Shown piece by piece: positions 1-11,944 of a DNA stretch of 64,000 nucleotides. The position numbers were made by a program, and so were the translations under genes. The notes under the pieces were generated by a model. The model saw only the letters and a program-made list of their open reading frames with translations. It was not told the origin of the DNA and searched no databases. Source of the DNA: Balanoglossus misakiensis (taxonomy: Eukaryota; Animalia; Hemichordata). The stretch's first letter is position 1, and every line of letters begins with the position of its first letter. The DNA lies in NCBI GenBank assembly GCA_040954595.2, contig CM082577.2:496001-560000 (forward strand), written 5' to 3'.

Positions 1-150
1 GGGCATAATTGGTGACTGTGTGTTGAGGCTACACAATGTCATGACAACAATAAGTGACAAATCATAATAATGTTCAAAATGCAAACAATCAAACCCAATG
101 CAGACTAAAGCATGTAAAATGTACTTCATAATGTACCAGCTGCATTTTAC

Positions 151-2043
151 CTCAAACGTGTTCCTGTTGATGGCTTTGACACTGTTTGTTCCACTGCCGC
201 CAGCAAGCACCACATTGTTGTCACAGAATTGGCAAGTGTACAAGTATTCCCCGGCATCGCTACCAAATGGAATGTTGGTTTCCAGCCTCCCCGTGGAGAA
301 ATCCCACAACTGTAGGCTGTTGTGGGCCAACCAGGATGCAGTCAGAATCTTTCCTTCCTGTGTGTGGCAAAATAGTGATGGGTTTAAGAAAACTGACTAA
401 CTATTAAAAAATAACCAGTATTGAAACAACACAGCAGACATGATGAAATCGTCATAATTTCTTCATCACTTTCATAAGCCCTTGTTCTCACCTTGATGTC
501 AATGGCATTGCCACAGACATGGGTTCCCTTAATCGTTCTCTGGACACCGGTTGTGGTTCTGCTGTCCCAAATCTGGTGGGTAAAGACAAGAACATCATTT
601 TGAATATTTCGGTGTGATGACGAGTTACGGAGCAGAGCACAAATTTGTATGTACGTTGCAATCACTGTCTTACCCTAGTTTTTAACACTAATGGATGGGA
701 AACAACTGAGAAGTGTACAATACAGTCTTACTTAAGCAAATACAAAACAGTTGTCTCTGGTCTCAAAAGTCAAGCTCTCTGTCTCCAGACTGAAAGTCTG
801 TCATTCTTGTCGACATTTAATCTGTCATGAACCAACAACTCTCACCTTAAGACTGTCGTCCCAGCCACCAGTGACAAATATGTGGTCATCATCAGGATGG
901 TATTTCAGGGCAAACACTCTCCTACCATGACCCAGTCCCTGAGACTCTTCTTGATCAGGAAGGAATTCAGTAGAGCTCTCATACTGCCGCACAAGCTATC
1001 ATGGATTGAAAAATAAACTTTAAAACAAATCACACAAAATTGCCACATGGGGGCGCTCTCCACATGTCCAGCAACGTACCTGCCTCTGCATATATACTGA
1101 TATACTGGTACATGTATTTTTTGCCTTAAAATTATTCAGGTTTTATCTAGTATAAACCATCGCCTTTCTTACCTCGTTGCATGATGTGTCGTACAAACGA
1201 ACAATCATATCTTTCCCTGCTGTTGCAAAGTGGCCACCGGTCACCGAAAAATCCAATGCATTGATTTCATTGTGTGATTCTGCAAGACACAAGTAGGAGT
1301 TTATTTTTCTTGAAAATTCAGCATTTTCCGAGTATTTGTGCTAGGATCACAAACGTTGCTGCTTTAAACTGGAAGGTTTTTTTTCTTCAGAACTTACCAG
1401 GAATATTTCCTCAAAGGTTTACAAGATGAATTGTGGATCAATGGACATCAAATTCACAGACCACTGCTGTGGGGTGATCATGAAAAAAAAATTAACATCC
1501 ATTTTGAATTACTAGTTTAGACAACCATCAAGGCTGCTGAACGATGCTGACCTCTGATCTTGAACTTGACTCCTAAAGTCTCGATGTTCCAGGCAGTTAT
1601 CATGCCGTCAGCACCAGCTCCAACCAAGATGTTTTTCTGATTCGGGTGGAAAGCCAGTGCCATCACTGGCAGGCCTTTAGTGGTGCCTTTGTGGATGTCC
1701 TTATAGAAGTGACCAGTTTGGGAAGTATACACCTGGTAAGGGGGGGGGGGGGAGGAAAGAATTCAATGAGTGAACGGAGCAGCTGAATGAATGGTAGTGA
1801 AAGGGTTAATTATCAAGTAAGCAGATCTCAGAGCAGACTCACCGATACTCCTCCATTGCCCTGACCGACTACCAACAGGTCACTCTCCAAGGAAAACTGG
1901 AGGCTGTATATCCCGGAATACAGTTCATTCAGCTTGGTCCCATGTAGTGCCTTGACAGAGGTGAAGGCACCTGTGGATTTGCTTTGTTCACTGTCAATGG
2001 CCTTTCCTGCCTGGATAGCTGCTTCAAGTCTACGTCTTGCCAT
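151..2043 (-). CDS. WD40-repeat protein, multi-exon; 3' end runs off the left edge of the window
   Basis: Exons joined in frame with GT-AG boundaries: 2043-1843, 1732-1552, 1279-1173, 995-846, 572-492, 357-151. The translation has WD40 repeats (ILVGAGADGMITAWNI; FATAGKDMIVRLYD; GHGRRVFALKYHPDDDHIFVTGGWDDSLKIWD; LTASWLAHNSLQLWD). An in-frame TGA just upstream of ATG 2043 supports this start. An acceptor at 2058-2059 implies an upstream non-coding exon. Confidence 0.9.
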
Positions 2044-2578
2044 CTTTCAAACAGTACCTGCAACCTCCAGTCAAAATCAGTTAATATAATCAGTTAAAAC
2101 ATATCTACAGGGTGAAATGTGATGCTGGAGTTTATTTATTTGCCAATGCATGTTTTGAAGGCTAGGAAGCTTACATCACACATTTTATTCGTTACTAACC
2201 CACTAGGTTGTCCTATGTAACTTGTAAGTTTAGAAAAGCAGAGACCCCAGAACAAGATCAGCAGTGTACATTTCCACAAACTCAGAAGGATGTCATGACC
2301 TATTTACTCTTCACAGCTCTTTGGGCAACATGCAACAAATCGAAACAGAAACAAATCCTTAGTCTGGTTCCCTGTTGTTGTTGTTGTTTTTTTTTTTGTT
2401 ACGCTATTTTGGCAAAAGTCAACAACAACCGTATCTGCAGTATTTTGTTACAAGCGTTACAATGCCTGAACGTGGCACTTGTGATCACCGGGCCGTAAAC
2501 AAGTGCACAGGGTTTATTGCTCTACTAACCTTTGTAATAGATATAAACAAAATGAGGTTAAACACTTCTACCTGGTAC

Positions 2579-2592
2579 GTCACCATGGCTAC
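2579..2592. promoter_or_regulatory. RFX X-box-like motif GTCACCATGGCTAC
   Basis: One mismatch to the consensus GTNRCC(N0-3)RGYAAC. It lies next to a minus-strand splice donor (CAG|GTAGAA at about 2571) that could end a 5' UTR exon of the WD40 gene. Confidence 0.5.
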
Positions 2593-3253
2593 GCCTGCAA
2601 ACAATGGCAGTGCATGACCGATATACCAACAAACAGAGGAATCTCACGGTGTTTATTTTGGGCAGCTTGGTGACGGGAAGCACGCATCGTCAATGCAGCT
2701 CCACGCGTCCCCTGGCCCTTCATATAATGTCACTTGTCAGTACAAACTACCAGTTTGCCACATACTGGCTTACAGCGATACAAAACAGTAGTTGTATTTC
2801 TAAGTTAACAAAACATAACAGGGAAGTGGATTCAAGGAACGATTCCCTCTTCTCTGGGGTGTCAATTTCATCTCCAAAATATGATCCTTACCTTTTACAT
2901 TCAATATTATGTCGTGGATACTTGCAATCCACGGCTCAAAGCGATGTGTGTTCTCCCAAACAAGGTGGGCGTTACGTTTGTGAGGTCAGCTCAGCTGTCG
3001 ATCTTCTGTCAAACCTTTGGCACCGGTAACAACAAATGACACTTGTACAAAAATGTTCTTACTTGCCAATTTTACAGAAACATATATCAAACCGTTCACA
3101 TGTTTTCACTCCACAACATGTACGTACGTGTTCACGTCTTTTCTCCCGGCCCTGCCTTGGTGTTTACGTTTGTTGTACAGACGAAAATATGGCTATTTGT
3201 TTGTTATCTCTCACCTCTCGATTTCCTATATCGTATGATGGCGCTATAACCTG

Positions 3254-3267
3254 GTAACCTCGGCAAC
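3254..3267. promoter_or_regulatory. RFX X-box motif GTAACCTCGGCAAC
   Basis: Exact match to GTNRCC(N0-3)RGYAAC. It lies upstream of the WD40 gene and of a strong minus-strand donor AAG|GTAAGG at 2892/2891. Confidence 0.6.
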
Positions 3268-3374
3268 GTTACAACTGACATTTTCATCCACAGCTCCAAA
3301 TATCATATGTTGACTTACGAAGTCAACAGATAACATTCGTAGGCGAGGGATATTTCCCATGAAGATATGAACCT

Positions 3375-3432
3375 TTTATTCCTCATAAACAAATAAGAGA
3401 CAATATGAATGTTTGAATTATCTATCTTTATT
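3375..3432 (-). other. Candidate polyadenylation signals of the TRPM gene
   Basis: AATAAA on the minus strand at 3427-3432 and 3375-3380, about 560-615 nt downstream of the TRPM stop codon. Confidence 0.45.
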
Positions 3433-3519
3433 CAAAACTAAAAAAAATATAAATGAAGTAAAAACAAATATCTGCGAAGAAAATACTCTGTAATGTTACC
3501 TAAATTCTATCATTATATA

Positions 3520-3886
3520 TAGGCCTAGGGACAGATAGGCCTAAATGTCGCCAAGAAAATCTTGAAAAGCGTCTTCATTTAGGCCTAGATACAAACCGCA
3601 CTGATATGAACGATATGAGACCTAGATTAAAATAGGCCTATGTAGAAACTTGAAAGTGAAAAAGAGATATGAATTGATACTAGTGAAGCTGTAATAAACA
3701 AATGAAAAAATGCTCAAGTACCAAATTTTCTGCATATGACCAGTATCGCTTTTGACTTCACATTAACCAACTATGAAGTCCCCCCCCCCCCCAGTCGATG
3801 GGGATTTCTCTTGGTTATTGCAAAAACAGTCAATAATGGACGGAGGATGTCCAAAATAAGGCGGAATACAAATATACTTAGGCCTA
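3520..3886. repeat. Cluster of five TAGGCCTA palindromes
   Basis: Exact copies at 3520, 3536, 3580, 3633 and 3879. Confidence 0.85.
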
Positions 3887-3989
3887 GCTTATAGTCTCAA
3901 AATTGTTTTTTCAAAATAGCCACATTTTGTATGCGTCATCTAAATATTGTTGATCTTTTTAACAGTTTCGTCAACATTTCTATTTCATT

Positions 3990-6900
3990 TTATTTCTCCA
4001 TCCTTTCCAATATCTTGGCGATATTTCTCTTCATTTCTTCCATACTGTTTTCTATTTTATTGATTCTTTTATCGATGGATTTCAGGTCGGCACTGCTATC
4101 GCCCCCACCGCTGACATGACTTGTTTCCATGGCATCTGCGGTTCTAACACCTGGCTGAGAACCACTGATCGACTCCTTAATCTCACCAACTTCATGGACA
4201 ACTGTGTCCAATCTAACAGAGAAACAAGTCACGCATTTTAGAAATGAATATAGTTGGGTGGGTGGGTGGGTGGATGGATAGTCAGTTAGATGTATGTTCA
4301 CATATGTGCATTGTATGTAGACCGGGACACATACCTCTTGTCAGTAGATGAAACCGTATTTTCAATTGATTTCATCTGTTCTTGGTTTTGCTTGATAAAA
4401 TAGTTTTCCATGTGCTTTCTCTCGAACAGGTTGAGAATTTCTTCATGGCGATCATCCAATCTAACCGCTGGCAAAATAATCAATATCAAAGAAAGGCATA
4501 AATATATCATGTAATGTCACAGATGACCAGACCAATACAAAAAAATAGGAAGCACAAGGTGTTATTTACACCTAAAACACATGTTAGAGTAAAAGACATT
4601 TTAGAATCTCTGAAACCCTGAGTCTAAAACCTGTGAATACACTAGTCAAAATTCCAGGAATACTGGGTCCACAGATTCAATAACCCCATGGCAGCTCAGC
4701 GTGTGCCCTTTGGTGAAATAAATTGTTTTCGTTGGGCAGGTTTGTTCATTTTGAATGTGAACCTATTCAAAGCTTACCTAAAGAATGCGACTGCATATTG
4801 TCACCGCACTTCTTCAAACCTACATAGGACAACAAAATATTAATAGACAATGTCCCTAGTAATATCAAACCCAACGGAGAAACTGATTAGTGATTTAATA
4901 AGTCCAGACTTACAATATTTGATTAATCTCCATCCATGGTTTATTATGATGAGAGGCGGAGCAAGCGTTGGTCTGTCTTGATACTCGCTTATTAATCCAA
5001 AACGATAAAACCTCCAGATTACTTCCGCGTTGTCTTGAACTCTCTGAAATGTGAAGCTTGAAATCATAAGAAATAATTGTTAGAGAAAATTTGATGACAA
5101 AATTTTGTCATACTCATCGCAAGCATTGTATTCATGCTACTATCATGTCCAGTCTTCACAATTTCTCGGAGGTCAGTAAATTATTCAAGTTTGAGTTCAC
5201 GTTGTCATGGATATACATCAGTTGACGCTCAACGGAGAAAGACAATGGACAAATGAATCTAGAGCTTATCAGGGAGGTATTCATTAATGTAGCTAAGGAC
5301 AGCGCCGTATACCTGAACATAGCGATGAGGAGATTGATCAGTAAGATGTTGGAGATCAACATGTATATCGCTGTTAGAGTTGGCGCCACCCACCGATATT
5401 CGGGTTGAGGGCACGCATTCAAATATCGCGGATCTTCATAGCAAGTTCCATTGTCAACCAGACCTGGAACGCAACAGGAGAATTTTCCAGAAAGTAAAAT
5501 GCGCCATTTTTATATAGGGTCATGCGGCCAACATTTATATAAATTCGAAATGGATTTTTCACACATAATTCTGGTTGATATTTCCACATGTCAATTACGA
5601 CCTAAAGTGCGAATTAAAAATATTGTATTACCACTGTTATACTTGAAATCTGAAATTGAACCGACGGAACCTGACTCTGAGTCTGGTAGCTAGTCCATTA
5701 AATACCTTCAATTTCATCCAAGAACAATTCACCGTACAATTGCCAGTAGGGCTTGTACAGCGCCCGCACCATCAATTCCCACCTGGGTTCCATATTTGGA
5801 TACAGAATCGCCTCATTGGCAACTCCGAAGCTAGCAATGAAGACTATCAAGATAAAGAGGAAATAAGCGAGATCCTTCATCTGAAAAGGGGAGAGAAAAC
5901 ATGTTACTCTAAATTCAACGTCTTATCATATAAGTTACGAATAATCTAAAGTTACCCCAAACCCAAATTATTTCTATTATATTGGGTGTCGTCTAGTTTA
6001 ATACAAAACACTCCAAACGCAGGAAATTATTTGTTTGTAATTTGGTAATGGTTCTCACCATTTTTATAATCATGATTATTTTAGGTCCGACCTCCTTGAA
6101 GACAAACCCCATGTGTAGAAGACGAATACAAAACGATATGAAAGTGAGGCAGTACATCAATCTAGCAACCGCGAATTTACTTGGTGGCAGGACGAATCTC
6201 AGAAGAACTGACGTCATAAACAGCAAATACATCACAAAGTCAAATCTGTTCCACACTTCTGAACTCCAACTGCCCAGTTTGTATCGGAAGGAATTGGGTT
6301 CTCGCACTACAAGCTGCAGAGAAGAAAAAAATGTTATGTCAGGCGAGTGCTTTCAGTTGATGCGATGTATCGCTTCGAGGTCATTTTACCTGCAACGAGT
6401 TCGTATTCCGATGCTCCAAATACGGTATTTTCGGATAGACTGTACAATCACCAGTTCAAAATGTCTTGTTTCTAGTCACAGTTGATTCGCCCATTTCCTC
6501 CCATCAACATCGACAGACCTGTCGCGGGTGAGAACAGGGAATGTTTCAAATCGAACTCAACATCTCATCCACTCACCTGTCTGATTTCTTCTATTATCAG
6601 AGTGCCAACCCATGCAATAACTATCCATTCCATAACGCCCGGAGAGTTCGCTTCTTCAGCTGGTCTCAAATCGGTCATGATAAAAATACCAAACAGGAAC
6701 AGCATAATAATGTACGAAATCTGAAAAAGGAAAAGTCCGGAGACACAAAATGGATGGAAAAGTCATTTAAGTTAGGGGACTAAGCAGGGGTAGTGCAAAT
6801 TTTATACCTTCTGTTTTTTATTTACTTCTTTGTTTTATTATTTTAAGAAACTTTGCATTCCATAACCGGCGTCCTGTTGCTTACCATATTATACAGAAAT

Positions 6901-9900
6901 TTGGTGATGGGAGCTGTATAATAATATCGCATTCCTTCCCAGAACGTGACGTCATAATCCCCACCACCAGAATGTCTCACTTCGGTGATCTCTTGTGGGT
7001 ATATTGACTTCCATCGGCAGAGATATTTCGTCAATTTGTTTGTCCTGTTTGTTTTCTGCTGCCCACCTCCATGTTTGTACAACTCAACGTGGTCCTTCGC
7101 CATAAATGTCATGAATGGGAACAGTGGTAAAATGGTTCCAAGGAAGAACTAAAAAATTAAAACCAAAGAAACAGTGGTTAGTTGGAACAGTCTTCTTATA
7201 ATGACGGAATTTAGAACTATGATATTAATTTACAGGTGTGATTTACGAGAGGCAATTTATGGAAATAAGCAAAGGATTGGAATCTAATACTCACAAGAAA
7301 CCATTGCCAAGACGAATGTATGAGAAGATTTCCTTTCCAGATTCTCTGCATCTTACTCTGACAACAATCATGTTCCATAAAGTTCATGTGTTTGGCTGCG
7401 TATGCGATAGATAGGCACGTTGTATGACCCCATGCAGGCAATGTACGCACCAATGCCAGTTTGGAAAGATCTTTGTCGGATTCGTAACAGCTTTCTAGTA
7501 CACCGGTGGCCAGATTTTCAAACTCACTGAAAAGACAGGTTTCGACTGATGATGAATGGCGAACATTATGCTGGCAAAAGCACTGCTGAACTTTATTATA
7601 CAAATTACAGTCAAGTTAAATCTAGGTGAGAATACAATGCCCTATTGTCATTCAGACCATGCCTTTGCCCTGCATACAGATATGCAGATCTGCCTGTGCA
7701 GGCCGTGTAACGCCGGGAGCACGTGTAGTCTCGGTTACCCAGACCCCTCTGCTTCTTCCGTTGGGCACTCCAGAAAGAGGGCAACGGAAGAAGCAACCGA
7801 GAGTAGGAGCACACAGATCTGTACGCACGGCTAACCATGCCTGTAATCACTGCAATCCATTGGCAGGATAAAGTTTCCCAGAAAACTTACCTAGCATTCT
7901 TCAGAAGGTCAAAGTGCACGGTGAGTTCTTCTTTTTTCTTTGCAAACCCAGACAACGCTCGTAAAATCCTGCCGGCAATTAGTGCAGCCCCTGTACCGAC
8001 AAAAACACAGACGCCATCATCTTCGTCGGAAGTCATATATTTGTGACAACATTGAATAACGAACTTGAGAATTATACATAACAAAGACAAAAACCGGGGC
8101 ACATACAGTAAACAGACTTGTTTCTAGAATTTAAATCCCTTACCGATGTTTCCGGTGTCCAGTCTCTTCCAAAACAACTTGGCCATAGATTGTCTGTTGA
8201 GCAGAACTGCCCAGAGGAATAAATGTTTCTCAGGATCAGGGACGGTATCATCCTCGCTTCCTTCTGCCTTGTATTCATCCTTTTGGTAAAGCACCTCGTA
8301 TTCATCATCAGTGAGATCTCGGAACAGTAAACCAACACTCGGTAGTAATCCTGATTTCTGAAGTGATCACAAAAATAGACAAATCATAGAAATGAATTCA
8401 TTTGGTGGAGTTTAACGTTCACATTGATTCGTACAATACTCACCGATTTGTAATCTTCCAGTTTTTCTTTAATGATGTGCTTCGTACCAACCCTACTGTC
8501 AGCATCATCAACAACTTTATTTATGGTCTGTTAAAAAAAGAAGAAAAAAGATTAAATTGGTGAAATTGATGAAAATTCACTAATATTGACCAAAAAAGAC
8601 AATACAACAAACAAACAAATAACCAAACAAATGAACCAAATAAGTAAATTAATAACGTTGACTTCATTATTTGGTCGGTTTGCCAGAGAAAATACTCACC
8701 AAATTGTACAAGTGGTATAGCATGTTACACGTCAGAAATTTGTCCAAGTCTACGATGTGAGCTAGGAATAATTCCACGAAATCAGGTTTGTTGTCCACCA
8801 ACGACAAACGAACGATTTCATCGAGCGTTTGTTTCTGTAAATAAAACATGTGGTGATCTTACAATGGACTCCATTTAAAAATAACAGTTTAATGCAGAGT
8901 CGTGTAGATGCCGATGGACGGATTGAAGGAAATTGAAAGTTAAAATCACGTGTTCGTGAAGTTCATTCGTTTGTATATATCTGACTTCCCTTCTATAAGC
9001 TGAGAGTTCATGCACTTGCTCAGTGCGTGTGTTTGCGAGTGACGTGTACTACAGATTATGATCAACACATTCTCACCTGCCATTCTGATTGTCTGTCAGC
9101 CGTTATGATCTCATCTTTAGCAATATCACATCTGTTTAACGCTAGAGCAAGCTTTAACTGCTCTGGGAGTTTGTCAGTAAGAGCTTGTGCTGTGGCAAGA
9201 ATACAACAGAGAAACATTATGACCTCTGCTGGTGTCATCTGGAAAGCATTTTCGGAACAATCACGCTAAATTGTTTTCTTTTGATCAGCAATACGTGACA
9301 GTCATGTAGAGACTGGTTGATACACTGGTATACATGTAAGTGTATCTAGGCCATACTCCACAACCACGTGAATTACATACCTTGTAAAACTCCGTGTAAA
9401 ATTGCTCTGTCGATGTCTTTAAAATTTTCATCTTTCATGTGGAATACAGTTATCTGTTTAATAGAAAAGACACTGATAAATAAGGGTTGGATAGATGGAT
9501 TCTCACAAGAAAGTTAGACCATCTTGAACTTGCTGTCACGTTTGGGTACCCATGCAAAATATCATTTATACAATGTAATCAATTGAAATCGTACCAGTTT
9601 CCCATTCTTAGGATCAATGATTTCTTTCAACCAGTTTTCACATTTCTTTACCATTTCTGTCCTTTTTTCCTCGTCCTTTTCGTCTTTCAACATCTCATTG
9701 ATACTGGCTGTGACAGAACTGAAATTGAAGTCAACTAATCATAAATAAGTTAGGAAAAACCTTTGATGACAGCGATATACTGGCATCAAAGTTATAACTA
9801 AATTCTCCGTGAACCCATGACCCAGCCGTTGCTTTGTACACACGGGTTGTTGAGCACAGAGGCGAGACAAGCTACAGAACAGTAGCCATTGATCTTCCTA

Positions 9901-11944
9901 TTCAGGAACTCAAATAGTCTTACAATGCGTGACATTTTTGCGATGACATAACACATGTTATAACGACCTACTATAACCATGCAGAAGTTCTATTCGTACA
10001 GATGTGTCTGTCATCTGCCTATACTTACTCGTCTACTGCTTTCAACCGTAGCGATTTAGCGATGATGTCAGCCGCTCTACCACTGCCATCAACGATAACA
10101 ACAGGTGTACCTGTGTTCTCAACGTGGGTTTTCTCATCACCAGAACTTGGCGACAACGATTGGTAAACAGTCTCTATCGTGCCATAGCCTCCTTCCACGA
10201 CCACCAACACCACAGGTGTAATTTCCGTTTCAGAGGGGTCTGCAAACCGATTTGAAGTGTCTTTATTTGTGTAAACGATACGTTTCCTGCATCTACCAGG
10301 GTTATACTGAAATAGTTATCAAGTAATCCTGAAATTCGAAATTAATATACTGTTTTGAGTGCACCTTTCCATTTTAAGAATTATCAAAACATGTGGTAGC
10401 GAGCTTCGTGGATTCTACTTCATACCTGGACATTTGGCAATGTGTTGTTCCAGTTTTGCTCGCAACTTGATATCTGCGCCGTATTTTTCCTTTCCATGGT
10501 CCACTAATATGAAATGTGTGTGATTGCTGTCCAATGCCGCCAGGTTAAAGTCGTCCTCCGTTTTGTGCTTCAGTTCTTTTTCACGGTATTTAGCAGGCCA
10601 TAAACCTTCTGTATTCTGTGAGCAAACCCATAATATCTTTGTTGACAATTAGTATTGTCTACTACCTTACCCAATATGACAGAAATAGCAAGATTCCCTT
10701 TGATTTTATTTCCCATTTATTAATAGTTTAAGATTGGTACTCACAGGCTGAAGCACTTTCTTGTTATCTATGACATTCCATGTAGCGATTCCCAAAGCAA
10801 TTACTTCATTCTCAGTAGTTCCTCGACTTTCTTCCTTGATTGCTTCACCAACTTTCTTCATCACACCCGTGGCAGTTCCCCCAGTTATAATCCACGCACC
10901 TGATCATTCGGTACAATTTTACACTTGTTAAGGACAAAGTGACCAAGTGAAAAAATGTACGCCGCCCAATAGTCATTTGAAAACTTACAAGACGCGTCCA
11001 GATATTGGCGCATGTAAATTACAGGTGATTGACACGTTTAACACAAATTCCATCCATCTAAGAGTGTCAGGAGAGGCTGCCTAACCTGTACTAATTGCTG
11101 CTTTGAATAATCCCTTGTTGAACAAGATTTTCAACCTGTCGTCTTTGAAGAAGAAGTTTAGAGCGCCACCAGTGACGGATATCAACACTTTAGGCTTGGG
11201 CATTTTCCACTGCTTCGTCAAGAGCTCCCACAACCAACTAACATTAGTGTTTTCATGTACACGGATGTACTAGTAAGAGAACATAGGGGAAGTCAAGGTG
11301 ACAGAGTCCTGATGCTGACTTTGTTGTAGTCATGTTTACATCAGCCGCAATTACAGCTGGCATTGTAACGAGAAAAATCAGGGCATCTTATTAAAATTGA
11401 GTTTCGTAATTCACTTGTGTAGTAATTCCTATTTGCTTGGAGAGTGAAATGATGCAGATTTTATCTTACCGGCGCTTTCTTGTTGGTAGATTGTCCAAAC
11501 CCAACAAATTCAATTTCTCCAAAAGAGTCAGTATCTTCTTCAGTTTTTTTGTGTTCGTTGATTTGCTTTATTCCCTTTGTTCGGATGAACTTAGCGACAT
11601 CTGTTTGCTGTCGAGAGGATAGAAATACACATCGTCATACGCGTGCTGAGTGAGTGAGTGAGTGAGTGAATGAATGAATGATTAGTAGTTTCTATTGGTA
11701 TATAATTTGCACTACACACCCACTGTTCACTTGACTTTTCAACCAAAGCCGGTGGGGGCGCATGGTGCTCAGGCGCTGTCGTCTTCGTGGCTTTGAGTTC
11801 CATCGATTCGCCGGCTTCAAATCCTGTATTTTCTTTCGCCATGTTAGCTGCTTGTGGAACCACGCTGTGGGTTTCTCCGACTTTTGCAGGATGGACCTGA
11901 GATTTTCCAAGTCTGGGACTTGATGAGCCGCCTGTGTCACTCAT
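3990..11944 (-). CDS. TRPM: TRPM-family transient receptor potential cation channel (about 23 coding exons), without a NUDT9-H or kinase domain
   Basis: SLOG/MHR1-2 motifs (YIRV, PKVLISVTGGA, AWIITGGTATGVMKKVG, LDSNHTHFILVD, VLVVVEGG, PVVIVDGSGRAADII). MHR4 (WGHTTCLSIA, HDCCQ). S2-S3 Ca2+-site residues (EEIRQ / WNRFD). S4-S5 (VGPKIIMI..MKDL). Pore (PYWQLYGELFLDEI). S6 (NILLINLLIAMF). TRP box (WRFYRF..EYQDRPTLAPP). C-terminal coiled coil, then a stop at 3990-3992. Confidence 0.93.
4256..4280. repeat. (GGGT)n/(GGAT)n microsatellite in a TRPM intron
   Basis: Direct reading of the sequence. Confidence 0.7.
11648..11681. repeat. (GAGT)n(GAAT)n compound microsatellite in the first coding intron of TRPM
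   Basis: Direct reading of the sequence. Confidence 0.8.
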
